DNA of 63,318 bases, filler included, from Folioceros fuciformis (lineage: Eukaryota): the NCBI GenBank assembly GCA_049999805.1. It is 5 parts of 5 records of this genome, joined end to end, with 100 filler letters (N's around TTAATTAATTAA, not from the genome) between each part and the next. Parts side by side here need not be neighbours in the genome. Positions count along the whole stretch, not along the records: positions 1 to 9,964 come from JBNGIO010005960.1; positions 10,065 to 19,594 come from JBNGIO010005962.1; 3 more parts are not named here. One strand, written 5' to 3'. How positions within the stretch are numbered: position 1 is the stretch's first letter; every line of letters begins with the position of its first letter. Position numbers and translations under genes: made by a program. This document shows positions 1 to 16,699 of this stretch, piece after piece. Below the pieces are notes generated by a model. That model was not told the origin of the DNA and made no database searches. It saw only the letters and a program-made list of their open reading frames with translations.

Positions 1-321
1 GAAGGTAATGATACGTGGATGTTGACAACATTGCCCGCAGGAAGGAATGCCATTGGGTGTAAATGGGTGTTTAGAATCAAGAAAAATGCAAGTGGGAAAA
101 TTGATAGATTCAAGGCTAGGTTGGTGGTGAAGGGATACTCCCAAGAGGAGGGCATTGACTACAATGAGACATTTGCACCAGTTGCCAAGTTTGCATCCAT
201 CAGAACCTTACTTGCAGTGGGAGCAATGTATGATTTGGAGATTCATCAAATGGATGTGAAAACAGCATTTCTAAATGGGGACTTGGAGGAAGACATTTAC
301 ATGGAGCAACCCCAAGGCTAT
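1..321 (+). mobile_element. Ty1/copia reverse transcriptase fragment, interrupted at 322
   Basis: ORF 19..327 has copia RT motifs (IGCKWVFRIK, RFKARLVVKGYSQEEGIDY.ETFAPV, HQMDVKTAFLNG.LEEDIYMEQPQGY). Homology stops abruptly at TGTTGAG (322). Confidence 0.95.
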
Positions 322-1847
322 TGTTGAGATGTCACCCCCATCAACACTCACAAAATTATTGGCAAACTCATGGAGTGCAAGTAGCACTGCTTGCTACACA
401 AATAGCCAAAATTATTGGCAAACAAAAAATTTTGCCCCCTTCATAGAGAGCCCTAGTAGTTCCTATTCTTCAATTTGCCATGAGTTGAGTGAGAAATACT
501 AAAAACACAAGCCAAGCATTTACGTAGTATCCCTGGTTACAAACGACAAAGTTTTGCCACACTTAAGAGGGTTTCCAATAGACTTGGGGTTTAGTCCATA
601 GCCTCTTGCACCTATGCCCCTTCTAGTTGTAATGAGTTCAATAAGTCCCTCCCTAGATCTGTGCCAAGTCCTTATACACATAAATGCAACAATGGTCAAA
701 TTCATACACAACTACAAAATACACCTCTAAGGGTGCTTCCATGCTTGTAATTTCACCATCAAATGTTGCATACATGAATTGGAGCACTCTCACATTCTAA
801 GGGATTTGTTGAAAATTGCTACACCAACCTACATCCTCAACACTCAAACTATGCACATGTCAACAATTCTTGGGCATTCATGGCTCTTTGATGCTCAATA
901 TCATTGTTGTTGACCGCTAACTACTAGCTTGCTTAGCCCTCCATGCTTTGTGATTAGTTTTTGACCTTGATGCCATTATGGAACACAAAAGTGTTGGGGC
1001 AACGATTTAGTAGGGGTGAAAATGAAGTAAATGCGTGCCTTGGGGATAGACTACATATTCTTACTCCAAAAGGCTCGTTTTCTTTCTCCTTTTTCTCTTT
1101 CTTTTCCTTTTACATAGCACTTTCCCTTGGTTGGTTAGGTTCAAACAAAGAGCCTCTCACACGGCAAGGCATAGTGCTTGTCATCACAAAGGTGACAGCG
1201 AAGGAGGCTATGGAGCATCTAGGATAAGAAGAGTTGCAAGAGGCACAATTANNNNNNNNNNTATGGAGCATCTAGGATAAGAAGAGTTGCAAGAGGCACA
1301 ATTAGTCAAGTAGGTCTGACATGCTTCAGTCCTCACAAAAGCCAATGGAGGTGCGGGAGTCTCACAAAAGCCAATGGAGGTGCGGGAGTCTCAGTTCATG
1401 TCACCTACAAGAACTGTTAAGCATGATTAATGTTGATATTAATTAGTGCTAATCCAGCTTATTGAGTTTGTACTAATTAGTGGTCAGAGTGATTAAGGTT
1501 ATGATTAATATATATATATAGCTTATTAGACTTTGCTATGTTAGGCAAAAAAAGTATTGTAGGGTTTGGGGGTCATTTATCCCATATTGGGCACGAAATG
1601 AGAGTGTCACCCATAGGTCCATAAAAGAAGGGATGAACCCACTTAGTATATGCAGTCTAACTCCCTCTTCACTTGTATTGTGTTGTTTTTGTAATTCTCC
1701 TTTTTTTATTCGAGTTTAAGAGCCTTGTTATAGTGCTCTTAGTTTTGGGATTGTGCATCTTGCTTCAACTAACTTGTTTTAACTTCCTTTGAGCATGGCG
1801 GGGGTGTTTTAACCTCCTTTGAGCATGGCGGGGGTGACATCTCAACA
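322..1847. mobile_element. LTR-like segment bounded by an 18-bp inverted repeat (solo LTR or two opposed LTR ends)
   Basis: TGTTGAGATGTCACCCCC (322-339) is the exact reverse complement of GGGGGTGACATCTCAACA (1830-1847). TG...CA ends and a TATA-like CCATAAAAG near 1619. No TSD; contains an N-gap. Confidence 0.5.
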
Positions 1848-2105
1848 AGAACAACTATGAGGGGTAGAACAATCTCAACAAGAACAACTATGAGGGGTAG
1901 AACAACTGAAACCTAAGATCATTTAGGTAGAACAATTGAAACCTAAGATCATTGTTAGGTAGAACAACTGAAACCTAAGATCATTGTTAGGACCTTTGAG
2001 CATGGCGGGGGTGACATCTCAACAAGAACAACTATGAGGGGTAGAACAATTGAAACCTAAGATCATTGTTAGGTAGAACAACTGAAACCTAAGATCATTG
2101 TTAGG
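1776..2105. repeat. Mosaic of short direct repeats
   Basis: Repeated blocks CTTTGAGCATGGCGGGGGTG, CTCAACAAGAACAACTATGAGGGG and GTAGAACAA(C/T)TGAAACCTAAGATCATT. Confidence 0.85.
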
Positions 2106-2834
2106 ATAGTCGAGGGATCTAGGGATCTATTCCAAATGAGGCTATAGGAGGAGAGTGACCTTATACAACTGAGGTCTCCCATCTTTTCTTTCAATAAAAT
2201 ATTCCACTTCATTTATAGAGACCAACTAACAATGTTTGTGCTAGTCAATTACATTAATATTGACATGTATAGTAATAAATTTATACTAGTTAGATAAAAG
2301 ATAAAAGTCATAAATAAAAATAAATTAATAAATATAATGAAAAACTTACACAAGAATGGAAATGCCTTTGGTTATGGGTTGATGGAATTGGAGAAATTTG
2401 AGATATCAAAATTGGTTATGGGTTGATGGAATTGGAGAAATTTGAGATATCAAAATGCCAGCTCCTGACCACCAACTCTAAACCAGTTTTCAAGCAAAGA
2501 CGCATGTTAAGTACTGCAGAGTGGTCTAACAAAAGCTCACATTAACCCATGTCATGAGGTTTAGGGCTGAATCGAATGCACCTTCCACGGTGGGACTGCT
2601 TGTACAGTCTCTCGTGTACTCTGGATGGGTCCCGTGCTGACGTGGCACTCACCCTGTGCGTCGAAATCGGTTGAAGGTTGCAAATGATCCCAGAATGTCA
2701 AACCTGTACGACTCAAAATGAGTAAAATTCAGCGTATTCGGGATAAATTGCGCCGGCACTATTCAGACTCCATAACAGCTCGTCCGAAGCACACCGAACA
2801 ATACCCTAGTTACCAATTCACTGCAATAACTAGG

Positions 2835-8365
<5,531 letters not shown>

Positions 8366-8869
8366 GGGCAGACCACCCGCCGATAGCTTGTCCCGATTCA
8401 CTCGATATTCGGCAACGAGTAACCACAGATTGATAAACGCTCGCCGCAGTAAGTTAGAGCATCCCGCAGAACGCCGGCAGATGAAAGGTACCAGCAACAA
8501 CAGTACGAGACCAACGTCCAGGAGCCGCAAGATCAGCAAAGTCCTGGAAGCACATGCTGGTTGCAGTCGGATGGCGAAGGGGGAAGCTTGGGCAGCGAGA
8601 GCTTTACAAAGTACTTACCGCTGTATCGTCCACTCTGTATATTCCACGAGAACTATGTTTGTTTGGTGAGTTGTGCATTTTGGGCATTTTTCTCGGGGAG
8701 TGGAGCGGCCGGTTGTCTAGCGGGCCATTTGTGTGGGCTCACTGGACAAGTTGTTAATTATGCGAATGTCTTTAATTATGAAGCAAGTCGAGTGCTGAAG
8801 GGAATATGCGCCTATTTCTTACAGACAAGACATACCACGTAAGTGCACCGCTGTTTCCTTAGCCATAGC

Positions 8870-9012
8870 AGTCATGACATCTTCCGACATGGTAGAAATA
8901 TTGTAGTAGACCCAAATGCGATGATGTGACGGCGATGAAAGTCGAAGTCATGACATCTTCCGATATGGTTGAAATATTGTGGTAGACCCAAACGCGTAGA
9001 TGTGATGGCAAC
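8870..9012. repeat. Imperfect direct duplication of about 76 bp upstream of the kinase
   Basis: GTCATGACATCTTCCGA(C/T)ATGGT(A/T)GAAATATTGT(A/G)GTAGACCCAAA occurs twice. Confidence 0.8.
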
Positions 9013-9561
9013 TGTGTAGAACTACAACCCCTATAGCCGAAGTCTAGTGTTACAATTGGCTCGGCAAGACTCATCAAAATTCCATAACCAGCTTCATATA
9101 TACTTCCACCCTAGTAGCTTCTCCTATGCACTCAAAGGATTCAACTTAGTATAAGCTTGGGGGCACTACATAAAGTTGGCTCCAAAACTACAAAAGTTGA
9201 AAATGCTGGTCGACCAAGGCTTGTTTCTGAAAATGACTACCGTACCCCAAGCAGTGGTTCAACGGGGTAATGCAAAAATAATTATTTTTAAAAAAATTAA
9301 AGGTTGAACATCATAATCCATATATTTTAGAATTTCAATATGTATTTTCAATAATTTTATTAAATTTCAACATTCAGTACTATATAAGACGGGTAGGTAT
9401 AGCTCTAGATTGACACTAGCCCTAGCTTGGCAAACATCTTCTAGCTTCTCAAATAAACCTTGGTTTTTCCTAAACAAGCCCTAGTTCCCAAAATTAGGGC
9501 TAGTTTCATGAATTAACCCTAGTTTCTTAAACAAGAACTACCTACTTGGAGCCTTTCTTTT

Positions 9562-9910
9562 TTGACAGAGTTAGTATTTTGCAAGCAACCAGACATGGTA
9601 GCTAGTAAGCAATCTTTGCTTACATCCATGTTCCAAAAGATTGAAAGAGAGGAGAGGGATGCTAAAATTGTGAGAGACAATCACTTGTTTGCTACAAATG
9701 TAGCTGCCACACAAGAGCAGGTATTGAAGCCAACACCCGTCAAACAACGTGTAGGAAGGCCGCACAAGACAACTTGCGAGGCAATTCTTCTACCTATGAA
9801 GAGGATGAAACAAGAAGAGGAGGATGGCAAAGGAGTTGGACACAAGAAAGGGGGTCTCTATACTAATTGGTTTTAAGATCATTTATGGCCTCCTATAGAG
9901 CTAGTGAAAA
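9562..9910 (+). mobile_element. Possible DNA-transposon N-terminal fragment (pogo/CENP-B-like)
   Basis: AT-hook-like KQRVGRPHK, then KGGLYTNWF*DHLWPPI across a stop. The pattern is recalled from bryophyte transposon proteins and is not verified. Confidence 0.3.
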
Positions 9911-10098
9911 TACCTATTATTCTAGGGTTAGCTATTTAAATAGTCAGGCATTTGCTAATTATTANNNNNNNNNNNNNNNNNNNNNNNNNNNNNNNNNNNN
10001 NNNNNNNNTTAATTAATTAANNNNNNNNNNNNNNNNNNNNNNNNNNNNNNNNNNNNNNNNNNNNTTCTCATGCTTTTAGTAACCTGCTCTCTACTAAA

Positions 10099-12313
10099 CA
10101 TGCCTTTGCATGGAGCTTACTTGCTTGGCACTCAAACCAACGTTGTTACTTCTTCCCCCACTAGGAAAAAAAAAATCACTGTCCTCAGTGATAACCAGTG
10201 TAACGAGCAATCATCCAGGAGCCTCCCTGGATATCCTCTAATGTTACCCAAACTGGTGTTGAGATCCCACGCAACTTTACCATATACTGAGGTAAAGTTC
10301 CACGTCTCGTAGCCACGCTACCTTCTGCAAGGAATTCCTCAATCTCTCGCAGTCCTTGATCATGTTGCACCAGGATACTGTACTTCTTCTTGTCCATGTC
10401 TTCTTTCTCTTTGCCTAGCACAAATGGTTTCAACATAGATACATGAAACACATTGTGTGCAAAAATCCAATCAGGCAAGTCCAACTTGTAAGCCACTTCT
10501 CCAATGCGCTTCAAGACAACATATGGACCTCCATATTTTGGTCTCAACTTTAAAGACAATCCTTGGGGTAGTGTGAAATGCTTTAGTTTCACCCAAACTT
10601 TATCCCCAACATTGAAGACAGTTTCTCTCCTGTGCTTATCAGCATATCTCTTTTGACGTGCTTGAGCCCTGGCTAATATCTTTTGGGCAACCTCATGCCT
10701 AGCCTTCAATTGCTCAACAAATTGGCGTGGATCTCCAATGGTAGTGTCGAAAACTTCAGCATTTAGCGTGGATACCACATCCAAAGCTGAATTTCCACTC
10801 ATCTCAAAGGGACTACATCCCAGGGAGCTATGTACTGTGTTATTGTAACAAAACTCCGCATCATCAAGATGATCAGCCCAATCTCTCTGATCAATCTGCA
10901 CATAGTGCCTCAAATATTCTTCTTGGATTCGGTTGACTCGCTCAGTTAATCCATCAGTATCTGGATGGTATGCAGTACTCATGCATAACTGACATTCAAG
11001 CTCTTCATCAAGTGCTGCCAGAACTCTCCTGTGAATCTTGGATCTCTATCGCTCACAATCTGCACGGGCAAGCCATGATACTTGTACACATACTTTTTGA
11101 ACAAGTTTGCTGCCTCAGAAGCGGTCACTCGCTTCTTGGTGGGGATGAAATGTGCTTGTCTGGTGAATCTATCCACCACTGTCATGATAGCTGTAAATCC
11201 ATTACTAGGAGGCAAGGGCATGATGAAGTCCATGGAAATACTTTTCCATGGGCCTCTAGGGATAAGTAGGGGCTGTAATAAACCTCTCGGCTTAGCCTGC
11301 TCAACCTTGTCCTGCTGACAAACAGCACATGCCTTGACATAATCCAATGTATCTTGATACATTCCTTGCCAATAGAACAGTCTCCTCAACTTCTCATAAG
11401 TTGAATCATCTCCACGGTGACCAGCACTTGGCACATCATGACACTCAGCAAGCAATTTCCTCTTCAAGCCTACAGAGTTAGGGATCACAACTCTCTTCTG
11501 TTTGTATATCAACAAACCATCCCTGAGTTTGAACTTGCTTCCTTTCTCTGCCACCCCATTCATCCAGTCCTGCACTTCAGGATCTTGCAGATAAGCTTCT
11601 TTTATCTCTTTGTGAGCATCCAAGGGTTCAATCACAGTTGCCATTGCTTTCACGTCTTGACTCTGCTTGCGGCTCAGCAGGATCTGCCATCGTTAACTAG
11701 CGTACTAGTCAAGGATGCTTCAACCTATGCTCTGATACCAACAAGTAACACCCCCTTCCACGGGGTGGGGCAGAACCACGCAGTTAGAAGCCAAAACAGG
11801 GATCAAGTTTAAACACCGGACACAGCACTAGGCCTCCAAGTAGCCTGCCCTCCTCTTCTAGGAGGACTCGTAGCCAGCACCCTTGCTGCTGCTCTTTATT
11901 CAAATCACGAGTCAACAAGAACATACAGAGCTGGAGGGCTAGAGAGAACTCTCCATCTTTGCCTAAGCTAGGAGTTTAGCTCTCCCTTCTCTTGGCCTCC
12001 TCCCACAGCTCCTTCACAGCACCTTTCATGTGCTCTCACAGCCCAAGCAACACATGCTCTCCAGGCATAGCCCAAGCACCTAGTGCTCTCAAGGCTTTGA
12101 GGAGATACTCATCTCAACTCCACTGTACTGAACTTCCCTTAGCCCTTAGCTAGGTCCCCTTTTATACACAAGCTCAAGTCACTAACTTAGCAACTACTTA
12201 CTTAAGCACTTATTTAAACCTTAAGCTATTATTCACTACCACACACTTTTTCCTAGGGCTGCATGCCTTTGCATGGAGCTTACTTGCTTGGCACTCAAAC
12301 CAACGTTGTTATA
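10099..12313 (-). mobile_element. Ty3/gypsy chromovirus deletion derivative (LTR-PBS-integrase/chromodomain-PPT-LTR)
   Basis: tRNA-iMet PBS (TGGTATCAGAGC) at 11740-11729. Integrase HHCC, DDE, GPY and chromo-like C-terminus in ORFs 11653-10979 and 10982-10185 (one frameshift). PPT about 10175-10151. About 50 bp shared LTR end at 10099-10148 and 12262-12311. Confidence 0.9.
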
Positions 12314-12589
12314 CTATCCCACTTTTTGATGGAAACTTCTCTTTCATCTTTGTATGTACTGCAAAAAGATGAAAAAGCAACAAGAGCGGGTACACATCTG
12401 CGACAAAGCGGCAGCTGTAGCGCCATTGTCAGTCCTTGGTGGACTTCCATTATTTTTGGCGGACTGAATCAGCGTGCAGAGGCGCAGTGAATACACTGTT
12501 GAAGGAGGCTTGACTTTCACATAGATTTGCACTTGGAGCATCCCTCGCTCGCAACTGCACTTGAAGCATCCTTCGGTCGGGACCTGGAG

Positions 12590-14081
12590 ATGCAACTGCT
12601 GGCGAGCGAGATGTGGATGCTAGTGCTGCTTGCAGGTTTGGGATTCCTTGTAACAGTGGCAGCTGCCCCGCTACAGGCTGATTTCTGGAACTGCAATCCC
12701 AGGCCGGTGTGGGGTAATGCCATGAACGGCGTTCTCATTCCTAACTGCTGCACGCTAGAGGCGCTGATGCGCAAGCCCGAGCCGCTGCACAAGACATGGC
12801 AGCAGTACTTAGAAGAGAACGGTGTTCGGGATCTGCCGATGCGAGTGCGTCCAGCTGCGCATCTCATCGCAGACAACGAAACCTACCTGCAGCAGCTAGA
12901 TCTGGCGTTCAGGCTGCACAAGGCGCTTCCAGACGCCGATCCGAGGTCCCAGATTTCGCAAATGAACCTCCACTGCGTTTATGGCTCTCCTAACGTGTCG
13001 CGCCAGGCTGGCTACGAGCACTTGAGCTACGTCACGCACGTCAATTGGTACTTCTTCCCGTTCCACCGCTGGTAAGCTCTAATGGAGTAGGACCTGCCTG
13101 GATCTGGTGTGCGTTTCCAGCTCAAGTGATGGCATTGCTACTGCTATTGCACCCGGTGATGCGGATTCCATCTCACACGGGCACTTTGGCCTCGGCTGGA
13201 AAATAGGTTCACCTTCTTCTTCGAGAGGATACTGGCCAAGTTGGTGGGTGATGAATCCTTTGTTCTCCCTTTCTGGAACTGGGACAATCAGAGCGCCGAC
13301 TCCAAGCACCTTCCCAACACTCTCCCCCCCTTCTACCGCAATCCTGACAAGTACCCAGGTCTGTACCACAAGTATCGCGATCCTCGCCACCGACCTGAAG
13401 CAGAGCCTGCCGTCATCAACCTCCTTCGCTATTCTGTCGAATCAGGGTTTTCTCCCACGACACCGCAGGAGGTGGCTCGGGCTCGTGCACTGAACAAGGC
13501 GCACCTGCGAAGCGTGATCGTGGACGCGACCGCGAACGGTAGCGGACCCGCAGCCTTCCTCGGGGTCCCGGTGCGATTGGGCGACGACTCTCGCGACATT
13601 GACAACGTGACAGCCAATTTCGAGGGGCAACCGCACATGGCTGTGGATTTCTGGATGGGAGACCCGGCTTATGAGTTTGCGGACATGGGGATAGTGCGTC
13701 ATGCCGTTCGCGACCCAATTTTTTTTGTACACCATGCCAATGTTGACAGGATGTGGAACGTCTGGACGGTAGGAATGTTAACGTTGCAAGGAATGGAAGC
13801 ATGGACCCTCGCATATGAGACAGTCTGACTGACTGGTGTTGTGCATTTTTCAGGAACTCGAGGGCAGGCGCAACTATGATGACCCCGACTTCCTGGACGC
13901 TGCCTTCTTCTTCTACGACGAGAATGCGGAGATTGTGAGGGTCACTGTTGCCGAGTGTCTCGATTCTGACCTCCTGAGATACACCTTCCAAGACGTGGAG
14001 AACGAGTGGGTGACCTACGACGCATCAGCCGATTCAGCCCTTTTCCTCGAAGACCCATCTCCAGCACGTTCCCAAGCATGA
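12590..14081 (+). CDS. PPO: Polyphenol oxidase (type-3 copper, tyrosinase-like), secretory type, about 423 aa, 3 exons
   Basis: Exons 12590-13071, 13207-13768, 13854-14081 (GT-AG, frame-consistent; alternative ATG 12611). Signal-peptide-like LVLLAGLGFLVTVAAAPL, NCC, CuA HCVY..H.NWYFFPFHRW, LPFWNWD, CuB PHMAVD...DMG...RDPIFFVHHANVDRMW, DWL-domain-like DFLDAAFFFYDEN. Confidence 0.9.
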
Positions 14082-14839
14082 TGACTGGGTCACCATGCTT
14101 GAATGAACCGATTCGAGCCTTGACGTCCGCAGCCCAGGCACACTTCCCGTTCCCGTTCTTGAGCATGAACTGCCACTGACACACTGGCGAAAACAGTCGA
14201 TTGGCAACCTCATTTCCCGTCGTTACTGCAGCTGAGTGTCATAGACAACATACATATAACAGTGTGGTAGGCCCCCATAGCTGCCTGCCCGAACCAATGG
14301 TGCGGACCTTTCATTTGTCGAGCATCGGAAATGTCCGTTCCCATTATACGAAGTTTTCTTCCACGAACTACACTGGATGTCTGGATAGTTGCCCCCGCGC
14401 AAGGCCTATCTACGTAGTACGTGTGAATGGAACAAGAGGCGAGAGCGATGGATGTTCAGGCGGTAGATTTTGCATTACATTGAAGCGTGAAGGTTTGCAC
14501 CTTTGTGCAGAGTCAAGCGTCACGAGCGAGACGCTGTGTGGTAGTAACCGTTTCACTTATGTTCGTTGGTATCCTGACCTAAGGATGAACCGTGCCCTTG
14601 TAGGCCTAAATACTATTAATAATAATACTCCAACTTAGTGTTTAGGCCTTAGACTTGATTCCTTTGTCTTACATGTACTTTGTTAACTCGGATAGCCTCT
14701 TTAGCCCCATGTTGGCTGGGTGTTTTTGATGCTTCACGGTTTTCTGCTCTGTTGGGCAGTAGAGTACCATGAATTTGTCATCGTTTACAACTTGTCTTAT
14801 GAAATGAAATTGTACCTCTATGTCTTTAGTAAGAGCGTG

Positions 14840-15735
14840 GAACTTCGAGTTGTAGGTTAGTGAGATAGCACCCTGATTGTCGCAGTACAAGGGTCTCTTC
14901 GAGTTGTAGGTTAGTGAGAGTTGTAGGTTAGTGAGATAGCACCCTGATTGTCGCAGTACAAGGGTCTCTTCGAGCGAGTTGTAGGTTAGTGAGATAGCAC
15001 CCTGATTGTCGCAGTACAAGGGTCTTAGTATCCGTTGCATTTCTCCTAACTCCATGAGCTCATAGAGGTGCAAAAGTCCATATCCGTTGCGTTTCTCCTA
15101 ACTCCATGAGCTCATAGAGTTAGTGACTCCATGAGCTCATAGAGGCCGTTGCGTTTCTCCTAACTCCATGAGCTCATAGAGGTGCAAAAGTCCATATCCA
15201 TTGCGTTTCTCCTAACTCCATGAGCTCATAGAGGTGCAAAAGTCCATATCCGTTGCGTTTCTCCTAACTCCATGAGCTCATAGAGGTGCAAAAGTCCATC
15301 CTTGCATGCGTGGGTTAAGGAGCAGTACTCGGCCTCTGTTGCGTGGGTACTCGGCCTCTGTTGCGTGGGTANNNNNNNNNNGGTACTCGGCCTCTGTTGC
15401 GTGGGTACTCGGCCTCTGTTGCGTGGGTTAAGGAGTAGTACTTGGCCTTTGTTGCGTGGGTTTCTGTTGCATGGGTTAAGGAGTAGTACTCGGCCTCTGT
15501 TGCGTGGGCCTCTGTTGCGTGGGCCTCTGTTGTGTGGGTTAAGGCGTAGTACTCGGCCTCTGTTGCATGGGCCTCTGTTGCGTGGGTTAAGGAGTAGTAC
15601 TTGGCCTCTATTGCGTGGGCCTCTGTTGCATGGGTTAAGGAGTAGTACTCGGCCTCTGTTGCATGGGTTAAGGAGCAGTACCCGGCCTCCGTTGCGTGGG
15701 TTAAGGAGCAGTACTCGGCCTCCGTTGCGTGGGGC
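14840..15735 (-). repeat. Tandem amplifications within copia RNase H
   Basis: YCDNQGAISLTYNS block x3, LYELMELGE block repeated, and 33-bp (TEAEYYSLTHA) plus 15-bp (TEAHA) units. Confidence 0.9.
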
Positions 15736-15782
15736 CTCCATTGCGTGGGATAAGATAACATGTCCTTCATTCACTAGATATG

Positions 15783-16066
15783 CATGTGCCCAAGTCGGGC
15801 ATGCCATAAATAAGACTGATTACCAGTGCTAGTTGATGCAGAGAGAAAAGAGTCATGTGCCCAAGTCGGGCATGCCATAAATAAGACTGATTACCAGTGC
15901 TAGTTGATGCAGAGAGAAAAGAGTCATGTGCCCAAGTCGGGCATGCCATAAATAAGACTGATTACCAGTGCTAGTTGATGCAAAGAGAAAAGAGTCATGT
16001 GCCCAAGTCGGGCATGCCATAAATAAGACTGATTACCAGTGCTAGTTGATGCAAAGAGAAAAGAGT
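15783..16066. repeat. 71-bp tandem repeat x4 covering the LWHARLGH motif
   Basis: Units start at 15783, 15854, 15925 and 15996 and are nearly identical. Confidence 0.95.
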
Positions 16067-16699
16067 AATTAGCAGGTTGAGGGGTGGTGACATTGAGGTG
16101 TTATAGGTCGTCAGCCTTCAAGTCCCCCATGGCTATTAGATCCCCTTGTGGGGTCTCGATGATACAGTGACCATCACCGAAGCACACACAGCATTCGGAT
16201 TGATCCACCTTCCGGACTGAAAATAGATTCTTGGTCAAGCCAGGTACGAGTAACATGTCTGATATATGTAGCGTTGAGTTGGGCTTGGTGTGCAAGCCCA
16301 CTGTCCCATGGCCTGATATGGTGTGTTTGGAGTCATCCCCAAGGCTAACAAAGTGTGGGGATGCTTTAGGTTGTATGTGGCTAAAATATTCTGTATGGGG
16401 TGTCATGTGCTGCGAGGCTCTGGAGTTTATGTACCACGTGTGTGAGCCTTGGGCTGCAAGGCAGGAGGCTACTAAGGCTAAGCCGTTGGAGGGTGAGGAA
16501 GGCGAGCTGTAGCTAGTTAGGAAGGCCCTCGAGTGGCGTTTCATTGTCAAGGCTAATTGCCCTGTGGGTGAAAGGTATCTGTGGTTGTTGCTGTTAGCCA
16601 TCCTTTTTCTGAACTCTTCGTAGATGTGCCCATGTATTTTGCAGTGACTCAGCGACGGTAGTGGAAGCTGGACCACCATTGTGGAAGGCCAATGGGCGG

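Larger units (their letters stand above)
14669..16679 (-). mobile_element. Ty1/copia remnant: protease and pre-integrase joined to RNase H, with integrase core and RT absent
   Basis: Degenerate zinc knuckle, protease-like WYINSRASQHMT...LGDD...LVPGLTKNLFSV, LWHARLGH, then TEAEY...LYCDNQGAISL...FH.LTKDIEVQFHFIR. Confidence 0.85.

Noticed and set aside
8366..8539. Hydrophobic N-terminal extension of the NDR kinase
   Set aside because: It needs a non-ATG start and probably lies in a 5' UTR intron (donor-like GGTAAGT near 8618). ATG 8365 gives a normal NDR.
10009..10020. TTAATTAATTAA palindrome inside N-runs (also 19639-19650, 50006-50017, 61075-61086)
   Set aside because: Artificial contig joiner with stops in all frames. 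It is not biological, and adjacency across these points is unproven.
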